Assembly: GCA_030390025.1 (NCBI GenBank)
Contig: JASTWF010000322.1
Location: forward strand, 496,001 to 552,988
Source of the DNA: Squalus acanthias
Lineage: Eukaryota
Reading direction: 5' to 3'
Length of the DNA: 56,988 nucleotides
Shown: one piece after another, positions 1-10,569 of the stretch
Position numbering within the stretch: the stretch's first letter is position 1
Layout of the letters: each line of letters opens with the position of its first letter
The notes under the pieces: generated by a model
Seen by the model: the letters and a program-made list of their open reading frames with translations, nothing else
Databases searched by the model: none
What the model was told of the DNA's origin: nothing
Translations under genes and position numbers: made by a program

Positions 1-211
1 ATTTCCTCCCTCTCTCTCTGCAATACCCGCCCCACGGGGATGGGGAAAAACGGTGCATGGGGGAAAAAAACCCCAGCGCAGGACAACGCCCTGTTGGCGC
101 TGCGCCGTTAACCGGCGGCGGCGGCGCGAATTTCGCCGGATTTAGCGCCCCAAAAGCGGACGGATGCAAAAAGGCAAGCGTGCATTTTCCCCCGCCGGCT
201 GCATTGCTCAC

Positions 212-268
212 TTTGGCCCCGATCTGGTTGCCGCACTGGCCGGCCTGAAGGTGCACGATCTCCCGCAT
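212..268 (-). CDS. TUBB: Beta-tubulin coding exon 1 (MREIVHLQAGQCGNQIGAK; TUBB4-type N-terminus); gene continues left of the window
   Basis: Reverse complement of 212-268 reads ACC-ATG CGG GAG ATC GTG CAC CTT CAG GCC GGC CAG TGC GGC AAC CAG ATC GGG GCC AAA, followed by donor GTGAG (211-207). This is the canonical 57-nt first exon of vertebrate beta-tubulins. The paralog cannot be fixed from 19 aa. Confidence 0.96.
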
Positions 269-337
269 GGTTCTCTCTGTCTAGACTGCGATACGCCGGC
301 AGCGTCTGCAATGAGGCTCACTCCGCCCGCACTGCGC

Positions 338-545
338 CTATTTATACAAGGTGGGGGTGGGGCCCGATCCGGGCCACACTCCTCTCCCCCATTGGCCAGC
401 CACCCCTGTCCATCAAGGGCTTCCCCTCCTGATTGGCCCACCACTCACGCCCACTGCGCACAATTTGCGCCGCTCCGCAGAGATGGGGAGGGGCGGGCGC
501 CTCTGATTGGCCGCCTGCCCTGTTTCCCCCCCCTTTGTGACGTCA
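338..545 (-). promoter_or_regulatory. Beta-tubulin promoter: TATA box, three CCAAT boxes, GC box, full CRE
   Basis: Minus-strand TATAAATAG at 338-346; ATTGG (CCAAT) at 391, 432 and 506; GGGCGGG at ~491; palindromic TGACGTCA at 538-545; CpG-rich. Confidence 0.85.
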
Positions 546-653
546 ATGCAGACTCGCCACCACTGCTTCTTAAAGGGGAAAGGTCCTTAAAGGGGCACCC
601 ACAGCCAGCCAACACTCCAATTGCATTCACAGACATGGCCGGTAGCTTGCATT

Positions 654-1183
654 GGTAGATGTATATACTCTAGGACTCGAGCCCCATAATCCAGGCCCAC
701 ACTCCCCGGTGCCAGTACTGAGGGAGCGCTGCACTGTCGGAGGTAGATGTATATACTCTAGGACTCGAGCCCCATAATCCAGGCCCACACTCCCCGGTGC
801 CAGTACTGCGGGAGTGCTGCACTGTCGGAGGTAGATGTATATACTCCAGGACTCGGGCCCCATAATCCAGGCCCACACTCCCCGGTTCCAGTACTGAGGG
901 AGTGCTGCACTGTCGGAGGTAGATGTATATACTCTAGGACTCGAGCTCCATAATCCAGGCCCACACTCCCCGGTGCCAGTACTGAGGGAGCGCTGCACTG
1001 TCGGAGGTCGATGTACATACTCTAGGACTCGAGCTCCATAATCCAGGCCCACACTCCCCGGTGCCAGTACTGAGGGAGCGCTGCACTGTCGGAGGTCGAT
1101 GTACATACTCTAGGACTCGAGCTCCATAATCCAGGCCCACACTCCCCGGTGCCAGTACTGAGGGAGCGCTGCACTGTCGGAGG
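654..1183 (+). repeat. 88-bp tandem repeat (~6 units) made from the 5' part of a Deu-domain SINE
   Basis: Unit gtagatgtatatactctaggactcgagccccataatccaggcccacactccccggtgccagtactgagggagcgctgcactgtcggag; the last unit runs directly into the SINE body. Confidence 0.9.
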
Positions 1184-1515
1184 TGGCGTCTTTCAGATGA
1201 GACGTTAAACCGAGGCCCCGTCTGCCCTCTCAGGTGGACGTAAAAGATCCCGTGGCCACTATTGGAAGAAGAGCAGGGGGGAGTTCTCCCCGGTGTCCTG
1301 GGGCCCAATATTTATCCCTCAACCAACATCACTAAAAACAGATTATCTGGTCATTATCACATTGCTGTTTGTGGGAGCTTGCTGTGCGCAAATTGGCTGC
1401 TGCGTTTCCCACATTACAACAGTGACTGCACTTCAAAAAAAGTACTTCATTGGTTGTAAACCGTTGGTACGTCCTGAGGTGGTGAAAGGCGCTATAGAAA
1501 TGCAACTCTTTATCT
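1150..1515 (+). mobile_element. Deu-domain SINE (SacSINE1/LmeSINE1-like) with L2-type 3' tail
   Basis: gtactgagggagcgctgcactgtcggaggtggcgtctttcagatgagacgttaaaccgagg...aaagatccc...ccccggtgtcctgg is the Deu core; ends gtcctgaggtggtgaaaggcgctatagaaatgcaa. Confidence 0.8.
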
Positions 1516-1522
1516 TCTTCAT

Positions 1523-2111
1523 TGTCTCTCTCTGTCTCTCTCTCTCTGTCTATCTCTCTGTCTCTCTCTCTCTCTGTCTGTCTCTCTCTCTCTCTGTCTC
1601 TCTCTCTGTCTCTCGCTCTGTCTCTCTCTCTCTCTGTCTCTCTCTCTCTCTCTGTCTCTCGCTCTGTCTCTCTCTCTCTCTGTCTCTCTCTCTCTGTCTG
1701 TCTCTCTCTCTCTCTGTCTCTCTCTCTGTCTATCTCTCTGTCTCTCTCTGTCTGTCTCTCTCTCTCTCTGTCTCTCTCTCTGTCTCTCGCTCTGTCTCTC
1801 TCTCGCTCTGTCTCTCTCTCTCTCTCTGTCTCTCTCTCTCTCTGTCTGTCTCTCTCTCTGTCTCTCTCTCTGTCTCTCTCTCTGTCTCTGTCTCTCTCGC
1901 TCTGTCTCTCTCTCTGTCTCTGTCTCTCTCGCTCTCTCTCGCTCTGTCTCTCTCTCTGTCTCGCTCTGTCTCTATCTCTCTCTCTGTCTCACTCTCTCTG
2001 TCTCTCTCTCTCGCTCTGTCTCTCTCTCTCTGTCTCGCTCTGTCTGTCTCTCTCTCTCTGTCTGTCTATCTCTGTCTCTCTGTCTCTCTCTCTCTCTCTC
2101 TGTCACTCTCA

Positions 2112-2144
<33 letters not shown>

Positions 2145-2670
2145 GCTCTCTCTCGCTCTGTCTCTCTCTCTGTCTCTGTCTCTCTCGCTCTCTCTCTCGC
2201 TCTGTCTCTCTGTCTCGCTCTGTCTCTCTCTATCTCTCTCTCTGTCTCGCTCTCTCTGTCTCTCTCTCTGTCTCTCTCTCTCGCTCTGTCTCTCTCTCTC
2301 TGTCTCGCTCTGTCTGTCTCTCTCTCACTCTCTGTCTGTCTCTCTCTCTCTGTCTCTCTCTCTCTCTGTCTGTCTATCTCTGTCTCTCTGTCTCTCTCTC
2401 TGTCTCTCTCTCTCTCTCTCTCTCGCGCTCTCTCTCTCTGTCTCTCTCTCTGTCAATCTCACATTCTCTGTCTGTCTCTCTCTCTCTCTGTCTCTCTCTC
2501 TCGCTCTCTCTCTCTGTCTGTCTCTCTCTCTGTCTCTCTCTCTATCTCTCTGTCACTCTCTCTCTCTGTCTCTCTCCCTCTCTGTCTCTCCCTCTCTCTC
2601 TGTCTCTCTGTCTCTCTCTCTCTGACTATCTCTCTCTGTCTGTCTCTCTCTCTGTCTCTCTCTCTGTCTA

Positions 2671-2701
<31 letters not shown>

Positions 2702-2780
2702 GTCTGTCTCTGTCTCTCTCTCTCTGTCTGTCTCTCTCTCTCTGTCTCTGTGTCTCTCTCTCTGTCTGTCTCTCTGTCTG

Positions 2781-2813
<33 letters not shown>

Positions 2814-2863
2814 GTCTCTCTCTCTCTCTCTGTCTCTCTCTCTGTCTCTCTCTCTCTCTCTGC

Positions 2864-2931
<68 letters not shown>

Positions 2932-3038
2932 CTGTATCTGTCTCTCTCTCTCTGTCTCTGTCTCTCTCTCTCTCTCTGTCTCTCTCTCTGTCTCTCTCTC
3001 TCTCTGTCTCTCTGTGTCTCTCTCTCTCTGTCTCTCTG

Positions 3039-3070
<32 letters not shown>

Positions 3071-3124
3071 TGTCTCTCTCTCTCTCTGTCTCTCTCTCTG
3101 TCTCTCTCTCGCTCTCTGTCTCTC

Positions 3125-3159
<35 letters not shown>

Positions 3160-3208
3160 GTCTCTGTCTCTCTCTCTCTCTCTCTCTGTCTCTGTCTCTC
3201 TCTCTCTC
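1523..3208. repeat. ~1.7-kb compound (TC)n/(TCTG)n polypyrimidine microsatellite
   Basis: Directly visible; it produces the spurious Ser/Leu and Arg/Glu ORFs. Confidence 0.98.
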
Positions 3209-3551
3209 GGTCGATGTTTGAGGTCAGTAAGATGGAGGTCTGTTCGGGGAGGAAGGGCTGTGAGACGTCTCCATGGAGACTGAAGGAGAAGTCATACCCA
3301 GCAGCAGCAGCTGCCGTTGGTGCCAATGAGAAACGCCAGCTGCCTTGCACCATCAGAGTCCACAGCACGTTCCCCGCACACATGACCCGGGGCAGAGGGG
3401 GGTGGGGGGGAATCTGCAGAGGTCACAGTTTAGAGGAATACTGACACCAGCCCAGAATCCAGAGCCACCATCTTAAGACACAATCACCGTTCCCTTTTAC
3501 CTCATCATACTTTAAAAGCAGCCCTCACAGTGAGACTCACTCTTTAAAAGA

Positions 3552-4998
3552 CCTGTATCAATCCCAAACTAATCCCACTGCCCCGCTCTCTCCCCATAGC
3601 CCTGTATCAATCCCCAAACTAATCCCACTGCCACGCCCTCCCCCATAGCCCTGTATCAATCCCAAACTAATCCCACTGCCCCGCTCTCTCCCCATAGCCC
3701 TGTATCAATCCCCAAACTAATCCCACTGCCCCGCTCTCTCCCCATAGCCCTGTATCAATCCCAAACTAATCCCACTGCCCCGCTCTCTCCCCATAGCCCT
3801 GTATCAATCCCAAACTAATCCCACTGCCCCGCTCTCTCCTCATAGCCCTGTATCAATCCCCAAACTAATCCCACTGCCCCGCTCTCTCCCCATAGCCCTG
3901 TATCAATCCCAAACTAATCCCACTGCCCCGCTCTCTCCCCATAGCCCTGTATCAATCCCCAAACTAATCCCACTGCCCCGCTCTCTCCCCATAGCCCTGT
4001 ATCAATCCCCAAACTAATCCCACTGCCCCGCTCTCTCCCCATAGCCCTGTATCAATTCCCAAACTAATCCCACTGCCCCGCTCTCACCCCATAGCCCTGT
4101 ATCAATCCCCAAACTAATCCCACTGCCCCGCTCTCTCCCCATAGCCCTGTATCAATTCACAACTAATCACACTGCCCCGCTCTCTCCCCAGAGCCCTGTA
4201 TCAATCCCCAAACTAATCCCACTGCCCCGCTCTCTCCCCATAGCCCAGTATCAATCCCCAAACTAACCCCACTGCCTCGCTCTCTCCCCATAGCCCTGTA
4301 TCAAACTCCAACTAATCCCACTGCCCCGCTCTCTCCCCATAGCCCTGTATCAATTCACAACTAATCACACTGCCCCGCTCTCTCCCCATAGCCCTGTATC
4401 AATCCCAAAACTAATCCCACTGCCCTGCTCTCTCCCCATAGCCCTGTATCAATCCCAAACTAATCCCACTCCCCCGCTCGCTCCCCATAGCCCTGTATCA
4501 ATCCCCAAACTAATCCCACTGCCCCGCTCTCTCCCCATAGCCCTGTATTAATCCCCAAACTAATCTCACTGTCCCGCTCTCTCCCCATAGCCCTGTATCA
4601 ATCCCCAAACTAATCCCACTGCCCCCCACTCTCCCCATAGCCCTGTGTCAATCCCCAAACGAATCCCACTGCCCCGCTCTCTCCCCATACCCCTGTATCA
4701 AACCCCAAACTAATCCCACTGCCCCGCTCTCTCCCCATAGCCCTGTATCAAACCCCAAACTAATCCCACTGCCCCGCTCTCTCCCCATAGCCCTGTATCA
4801 AACCCCAAACTAATCCCACTGCCCCGCTCTCTCCCCATAGCTCTGTATCAATCCCCAAACTAATCCCACTGCCCCGCTCTCTCCCCATAGCTCTGTATCA
4901 ATCCCCAAACTAATCCCACTGCCCCGCTCTCTCCCCATAGCCCTGTATCAAACCCCAAACTAATCCCACTGCCCCGCTCTCTCACCATAGCCCTGTAT
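3552..4998. repeat. 50-bp minisatellite (~29 units), CR1 3'-end-derived
   Basis: Unit ccctgtatcaatccccaaactaatcccactgccccgctctctccccatag; same unit as the 36.3-46.9 kb array. Confidence 0.95.
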
Positions 4999-5034
4999 AA
5001 ATCAATACTGGGACTTAAGTATCAGGGGCCAGAT

Positions 5035-5262
5035 GACACAATACTGAGGGAGTGCTGCACTGTCGGAGGTGCCGTCTTTCAGATGAGACGTTAAACGAGT
5101 CCCCGTCTGCCCTCTCGGGTCGACGTAAATGATCTCTCGTCAACTATTGGAAGAAGAGCAAGGTGGAGGGGATCCTCCACGGTGTCCTGGGACCCCAATA
5201 TTTGCCCCTCAACCAACATCAAAAAATACAACGTAATCTGGTCGCTGCTGTTTGTAGGATCT
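5035..5262 (+). mobile_element. Deu-domain SINE fragment
   Basis: tactgagggagtgctgcactgtcggaggtgccgtctttcagatgagacgttaaac...ccctcaaccaacatc, homologous to 1150-1380. Confidence 0.75.
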
Positions 5263-6210
5263 TGCTGCCCTTGTCCTTCTAGGTGGAAGAGGTCGCGGGT
5301 TTGGGAGGTGCTGCCGAAGAAGCCTTGGCGAGTTGCTGCAGTGCATCTTGTAGATGGTACACACTGCAGCCACGGTGCGCCGGTGGTGGAGGGAGTGAAG
5401 GTTTAAGGTGGTGGATGGGGGGCCAATCAAGCGGGCTGCTTTGTCCTGGATGGTGTCGAGCTTCTCGAGTGTTGTTGGAGCTGCACTCATCCAGGCAAGT
5501 GGAGAGTATTCCATCACACTCCTGACTTGTGCCTTGTAGATGGTGGAAAGGCTTTGGGGAGTCAGGAGGTGAGACACTCGCCGCAGAATACCCAGCCTCT
5601 GACCTGCTCTTGTTGCCACAGTATTTATGTGGCTGGTCCAGTTAAGTTTCTGGTCAATGGTGACCCCCAGGATGTTGATAGTGGGGGATTCGGCGATGGT
5701 CATGCCATTGAATGTTAAGGGGAGCTGGTTAGACTCTCGCTTGTTGGAGATAGTCATTGCCTGGCACTTCTGTGGCACGAATGTTACCTGCCACTTATCA
5801 GCCCAAGCCTGAACGTCATCCAGGTCTTGTTACATGCGGGCATGGACTGCTTCATTATCCGAGGAGTTGTGAATGGCGCTGAACACTGTGCAGTCACCAG
5901 TGAACATCCCCATTTCTGACCTTATGATGGAGGGAAGGTCATTGATGAAGCAGCTGAAGATGGTTGGGCCTAGGACACTGCCCTGAGGAACTCCTGCAGC
6001 GATGTCCTGGGGCTGTGATGATTGACCTTCAACCACCACAACCATCTTCCTTTGTGCTAGGTATGACTGCAGCCAGTGGAGCGTTTTCCCCCTGATTCCC
6101 ATTGACTTCAGTTTTACTCGGGCTCCTTGATGCCACACTCGGTCAAATACTGCCTTGATGTCAAGGGCAGTCACTCTCACCTCACCTCTGGAATTCGGCT
6201 CCTTTGTCCA
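5263..6210 (-). mobile_element. CR1-group non-LTR retrotransposon fragment (RT domain and C-terminus, disrupted)
   Basis: ALDIKAVFDRVWHQG, GVPQGSVLGP, FINDLP, degenerate FTGD (for FADD), ILGVTIDQKLNW, IYKAQVRSVMEY; split over two frames. Confidence 0.88.
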
Positions 6211-6509
6211 TCTTTGGAGCATCTGCTTGTCCAAGTCCGGAAAACGTCTGCCACCCTCGCGCAGTGGCCCTGTTCGTAGCCTCATGGCTGCGGTCAGAAC
6301 AGGTAGAGTCGGGAAACTTAGCAGAATGGACAGCAAGCTGCCTGCAAAAGCGCAATCAGAGTCGGGGTGACGGAAGTCCCAGGTTACATTTCAAAAGTAC
6401 TTGGTTGGCTGTAATGCTCACTGGGATGTCCTGAGGTTGAAACAGGCGCAGTCGGAATGCAAGTACAGGAAAGGAACAAAGGCCTGTGTTTCTACAGAGC
6501 ATGTCCCGA

Positions 6510-7580
6510 TCTCAGGACGTCCCAAAGCGCTTTAGGGACAGGCGAACAAAAGCTGGGTCAAAGAGGTCGGTTTTAAGGAGCGTCTGAAAGGAGGAGAGAG
6601 AGGCGGAGAGGTTTAGGGAGGGAATTCCAGAGCTCAGGGCCCCAGGCAGCTGAAGGCACGGCCGCCAATGGTGGAGCGATGGAAATCGGGGGATGCGCAA
6701 GAGGCCAGAATTGGAGGAGCGTAGAGATCTCGGAGGGTTGTAGGGGCTGGAGAAGGTTACAGAGATAGGGAGGGGGCGAGAGCCATGGAGGGATTTGAAC
6801 AGGAGGATGAGAATTGTTGGGGCTGGAGGAGGTTACAGAGATAGGGAGGGGGGCGAGGGCCATGGAGGGATTTGAACAGGAGGATGAGAATTGTAGGGCT
6901 GGAGGAGGTTACAGAGATAGGGAGGGGGGCGAGGGCCATGGAGGGATTTGAACAGGAGGATGAGAATTGTAGGGCTGGAGGAGGTTACAGAGATAGGGAG
7001 GGGGCGAGGGGCCATGGAGGGATTTGAACAGGAGGGTGAGAATTGTGAAATCGAGGCGTTGCCGGACCGGGAGCCAGTGTAGGTCAGCGAGCACAGGGGG
7101 TGATGGGTGAAGGGGACTCGGTGCGAGTTAGGACACGGGGGCAGCAGGAGTTTTGGATGACCTCAAGTTTACGTAGGGTAGAATGTGGGAGGCCAGCCAG
7201 GAGTGCATTGGAATAGCCAAGTCAAGAAAGAAAGAAAGATTTGCATTTCTATAGCGCCTTTCACGACCACAGGACGTCTCAAAGCGCTTTACAGCCAATG
7301 AAGTACTTTTTCTTTGAGTGTCATCACTGTTGTATTGTGGGTCAAGTGGTAACAGAGGCAGGGATGAGGGTTTCAGCAGCGGATGAGCTGAGGCAGAGGC
7401 GGAGACGGGCGATGTTATGTCGGTGGAAGTAGGCGTTCTTGGTGATGGAGCAGAGATGTGGTCGGGCGCACATCTGCGGTTCAACGAGGACACCAAGGTT
7501 GTGAACTGTCTGGTTCAGCCTCAGACAGTTGCCAAGGAGAGGGATGAAGACAGTGGCTTCGGTCTTCCCAATATGTCCAA
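6510..7580 (-). mobile_element. L2 LINE 3' portion, degenerate, with an internal 76-bp tandem array and a SINE-tail insertion (~7225-7340)
   Basis: LADLHWLPVRQRLDFTILTLLFKSLHG and PELWNSLP motifs, typical of the L2 ORF2 C-terminus. Confidence 0.8.
6740..7046. repeat. 76-bp tandem repeat (~4 units) inside L2
   Basis: gggctggaggaggttacagagatagggaggggggcgagggccatggagggatttgaacaggaggatgagaattgt recurs with period 76. Confidence 0.9.
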
Positions 7581-7624
7581 GTCAGGATGGGTTGTGTGAC
7601 TTATCATAGCACCAGAGAAACTTT

Positions 7625-8000
7625 TTCTTTATTCGTTCATGGGATGTGGGCGTCGCTGGCAAGGCCGGCATTTATTGCCCATCCTTAGTTGCCCCTTGAG
7701 AAGGTGGTGGTGAGCCACCTTCTTGAACCGCTGCAGTCCGTGTGGTGAAGGTGCTCCCACAGTGCTGTTGGGGAGGGAGTTCCAGGATTTTGACCCAGCG
7801 ACGATGAAGGATCGGCCCATATATTTCCAAGTCGGGATGGTGTGTGTGACTCGGAGGTGGAACTTGGAGGTGGTGGTGTTCCCATGCGCCTGCTGCCCTT
7901 GTCCTTCTAGGTGGAAGAGGTCGCGGGTTTGGGAGGTGCTGCCGAAGAAGCCTTGGTGAGTTGCTGCAGTGCATCTTGTAGATGGTACACACTGCAGCCA
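7625..8000 (-). mobile_element. 3' end of the same CR1-group LINE family as 5263-6210
   Basis: IYKMHCSNSPRLLRQHLPNP and SKSWNSLP, then 3' tail ...cccacatcccatgaacgaataaagaaaag. Confidence 0.8.
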
Positions 8001-8002
8001 AG

Positions 8003-8604
8003 GTATATACTCTAGGACTTGAGCCCCATAATCCAGGCCCACACTCCCCGGTGCCAGTACTGAGGGAGCGCTGCACTGTCGGAGGTAGATGTATATACTC
8101 TAGGACTGGAGCCCCATAATCCAGGCCCACACTCCCCGGTGCCAGTACTGAGGGAGCGCTGCACTGTCGGAGGTAGATGTATATACTCTAGGACTGGAGC
8201 CCCATAATCCAGGCCCACACTCCCTGGTGCCAGTACTGAGGGAGCGCTGCACTGTCGGAGGTAGATGTATATACTCTAGGACTCGAGCCCCATAATCCAG
8301 GCCCACACTCCCCGGTGCCAGTACTGAGGGAGCGCTGCACTGTCGGAGGTAGATGTATATACTCTAGGACTTGAGCCCCATAATCCAGGCCCACACTCCC
8401 CGGTGCCAGTACTGAGGGAGCGCTGCAATGTTGGAGACGTTAAACCAAGGCCCCGTCTGCCCTCTCAGGTGGACGTAAAAGATCCCACATTGAAAGAAGT
8501 GCAAGGGAGGGGGGAGTTCTCCCCGGTGTCCAGGGGCCCCAATAATTACCCCTCAACCAACATCACTAAAAAAAACTGGGATCTGGTCATTGCTCTTTGT
8601 GGGA
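8003..8604 (+). repeat. Second 88-bp SINE-derived array (~5 units, 8003-8428) followed by a Deu-SINE body
   Basis: Same unit as 654-1183, then gagacgttaaaccaaggccccgtctgccctctcaggtggacgtaaaagatccc. Confidence 0.85.
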
Positions 8605-9580
8605 TCCTGCTGCCCTTGTCCTTCTAGGTGGAAGAGGCCGCGGGTTTGGGAGGTGCTGCCGAAGAAGCCTTGGCGAGTTGCTGCAGTGCATCTTGTAGAT
8701 GGTGCACACTGCAGCCACGGTACGCCGGTGGTGGAGGGAGTGAATGTTTAAGGTGGTGGATGGGGTGCCAATCAAGCGGGGCTGCTTTATCCTGGATGGT
8801 GTCGAGCTTCTTGAGTGTTGTTGGAGCTGCAACTCATCCAGGCAAGTGGAGAGTATTCCATCACACTCCTGACTTACAGCACGGGAGGAGGCCATTCAGC
8901 CCCCTGTGCCTCTGCCAGCTCTTTGAAACTTAACTGGACCAGCCACATAAATACTGTGGCTACAAGAGCAGGTCAGAGGCTGGGTATTCTGCGGCGAGTG
9001 TCTCACCTCCTGACTCCCCAAAGCCTTTCCACCATCTACAAGGCACAAGTCAGGAGTATGATGGAATACTCTCCACTTGCCTGGATGAGTGCAGCTCCAA
9101 CAACACTCAAGAAGCTCGACACCATCCAGGACAAAGCAGCCCGCTTGATTGGCACCCCATCCACCACCTTAAACATTCACTCCCTCCACCACCGGCGTAC
9201 CATGGCTGCAGTGTGTACCATCTACAAGGTGCACTGCAGCAACTCGCCAAGGCTTCTTCGGCAGCACCTCCCAAACCCGCCACCTCTTCCACCTAGAAGG
9301 ACAAGGGCAGCAGGCGCATGGGAACACCACCACCTCCAAGTTCCCCCTCCAAGTCACACACACCATCCCGACTGGGAAATATATCGGCCGTTCCTTCATC
9401 GTCGCTGGATCCAAATCCTGGAACTCCCTCCCTAACAGCACTGTGGGAGCACCTTCACCACACGGACTGCAGCGGTTGAAGAAGGTGGCTCACCACCAAC
9501 TTCTCAAGGGCAACTAGGGATGGGTAATAAATGCTGGGCTTGCCAGCGACGCCCACATCCCATAAACGAATAAAAAGTAA
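8605..9580. mobile_element. Inverted pair of CR1-group LINE fragments (8605-8875 minus; 8927-9580 plus, with 3' tail)
   Basis: Both encode ...MEYSPLAWMSAAPTTLKKLDTIQDKAARLIG...; separated by a short CR1 3'-tail piece (8876-8925). Confidence 0.82.
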
Positions 9581-9649
9581 ATGAATGAGCTGTGGTGCCC
9601 AGTCCCACATCCCTGCATTTTGTCCTTAACCCTGTAAGCTCCTCATCCT

Positions 9650-10438
9650 CAGATAGGAGAAACAGAAAGGCAGAGTATTATTTAAATGGCGATAGATTGG
9701 GAAATGTTGATGTACAAAGGGACCTGGGTGTCCTTGTCCACCAGTCACTGAAAGCAAACATGCAGGTGCAGCAAGCAGTTAGGAAGGCAAATGGTATGTT
9801 GGCCTTCATTGCAAGAGGATTTGAGTACAGGAGCAAGGATGTCTTACTACAGTTATACAGGGCCTTGGTGAGACCACACCTGGAGTACTGTGTGTACAGT
9901 TCTGGTCTCCTTACCTAAGAAAGGATATACTTGCCCCAGAGGGAGTGCGGCGAAGGTTCACCAGACTGATTCCTGGGATGGCAGGACTGTCGTCTGAGGA
10001 GAGATTGGGTCGACTAGGCCTGTATTCACTAGAGTTTAGAAGAATGAGAGGGGATCTCATTGAAACGTATAAAATTCTGACAGGGCTAGACAGACTGGAT
10101 GCAGGGAGGATGTTTCCCCTGGCTGGGGGGCGGGGGTCTAGAACGAGGGGTCACAGTCTCAGGATACGGGGTAGCACATTTAGGACTGAGATGAGGAGAA
10201 ATTTCTTCACTCAGAGGGTGGTGAACCTGTGGAATTCTCTACCCCAGAGGGCTGTGGAGGCCAAGTCACTGAATATATTTAAGAAGGAGATAGATAGATT
10301 TCTAGACACAAAAGGCATCAAGGGATATGGGGAGAGAGCGGGAATATGGTATTGAGATAGAGGATCAGCCATGATCATATTAAATGGCGGAGCAGGCTCG
10401 AAGGGCCGAATGGCCTACTCCTGCTCCTATTTTTTTTT
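9650..10438 (+). mobile_element. CR1 (HER1-like) LINE 3' fragment, frameshifted
   Basis: QRDLGVLVH, LYRALVRPHLEYCV, RRMRGDLIETYKI, FFTQRVVNLWNSLP, KGIKGYGERAGIWY*; 3' UTR ...aagggccgaatggcctactcctgctcct. Confidence 0.9.
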
Positions 10439-10569
10439 CTGTGTCCAATTTCCTTCTAAAATTATTGATGGAATCAGCTTCACCACCTTCTCAGGTCGAG
10501 CGGTCCAGATCCCCACAACTCTCTGAGTGAAAAAAATCTCTCCTCATCTCCCCTCTCGATCTTTTAAGT

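Noticed and set aside
164..658. 164-aa plus-strand ORF
   Set aside because: Overlaps the tubulin exon and GC-rich promoter antisense; no coding signature.
654..1183. CRISPR-like look of the regular 88-, 54- and 50-bp repeats
   Set aside because: Units are contiguous with no unique spacers, there are no cas genes, and the context is eukaryotic TE-derived DNA.
1293..3383. Long Ser/Leu and Arg/Glu ORFs (up to 642 aa)
   Set aside because: Translation of the (TC)n microsatellite, which has no stops by composition.
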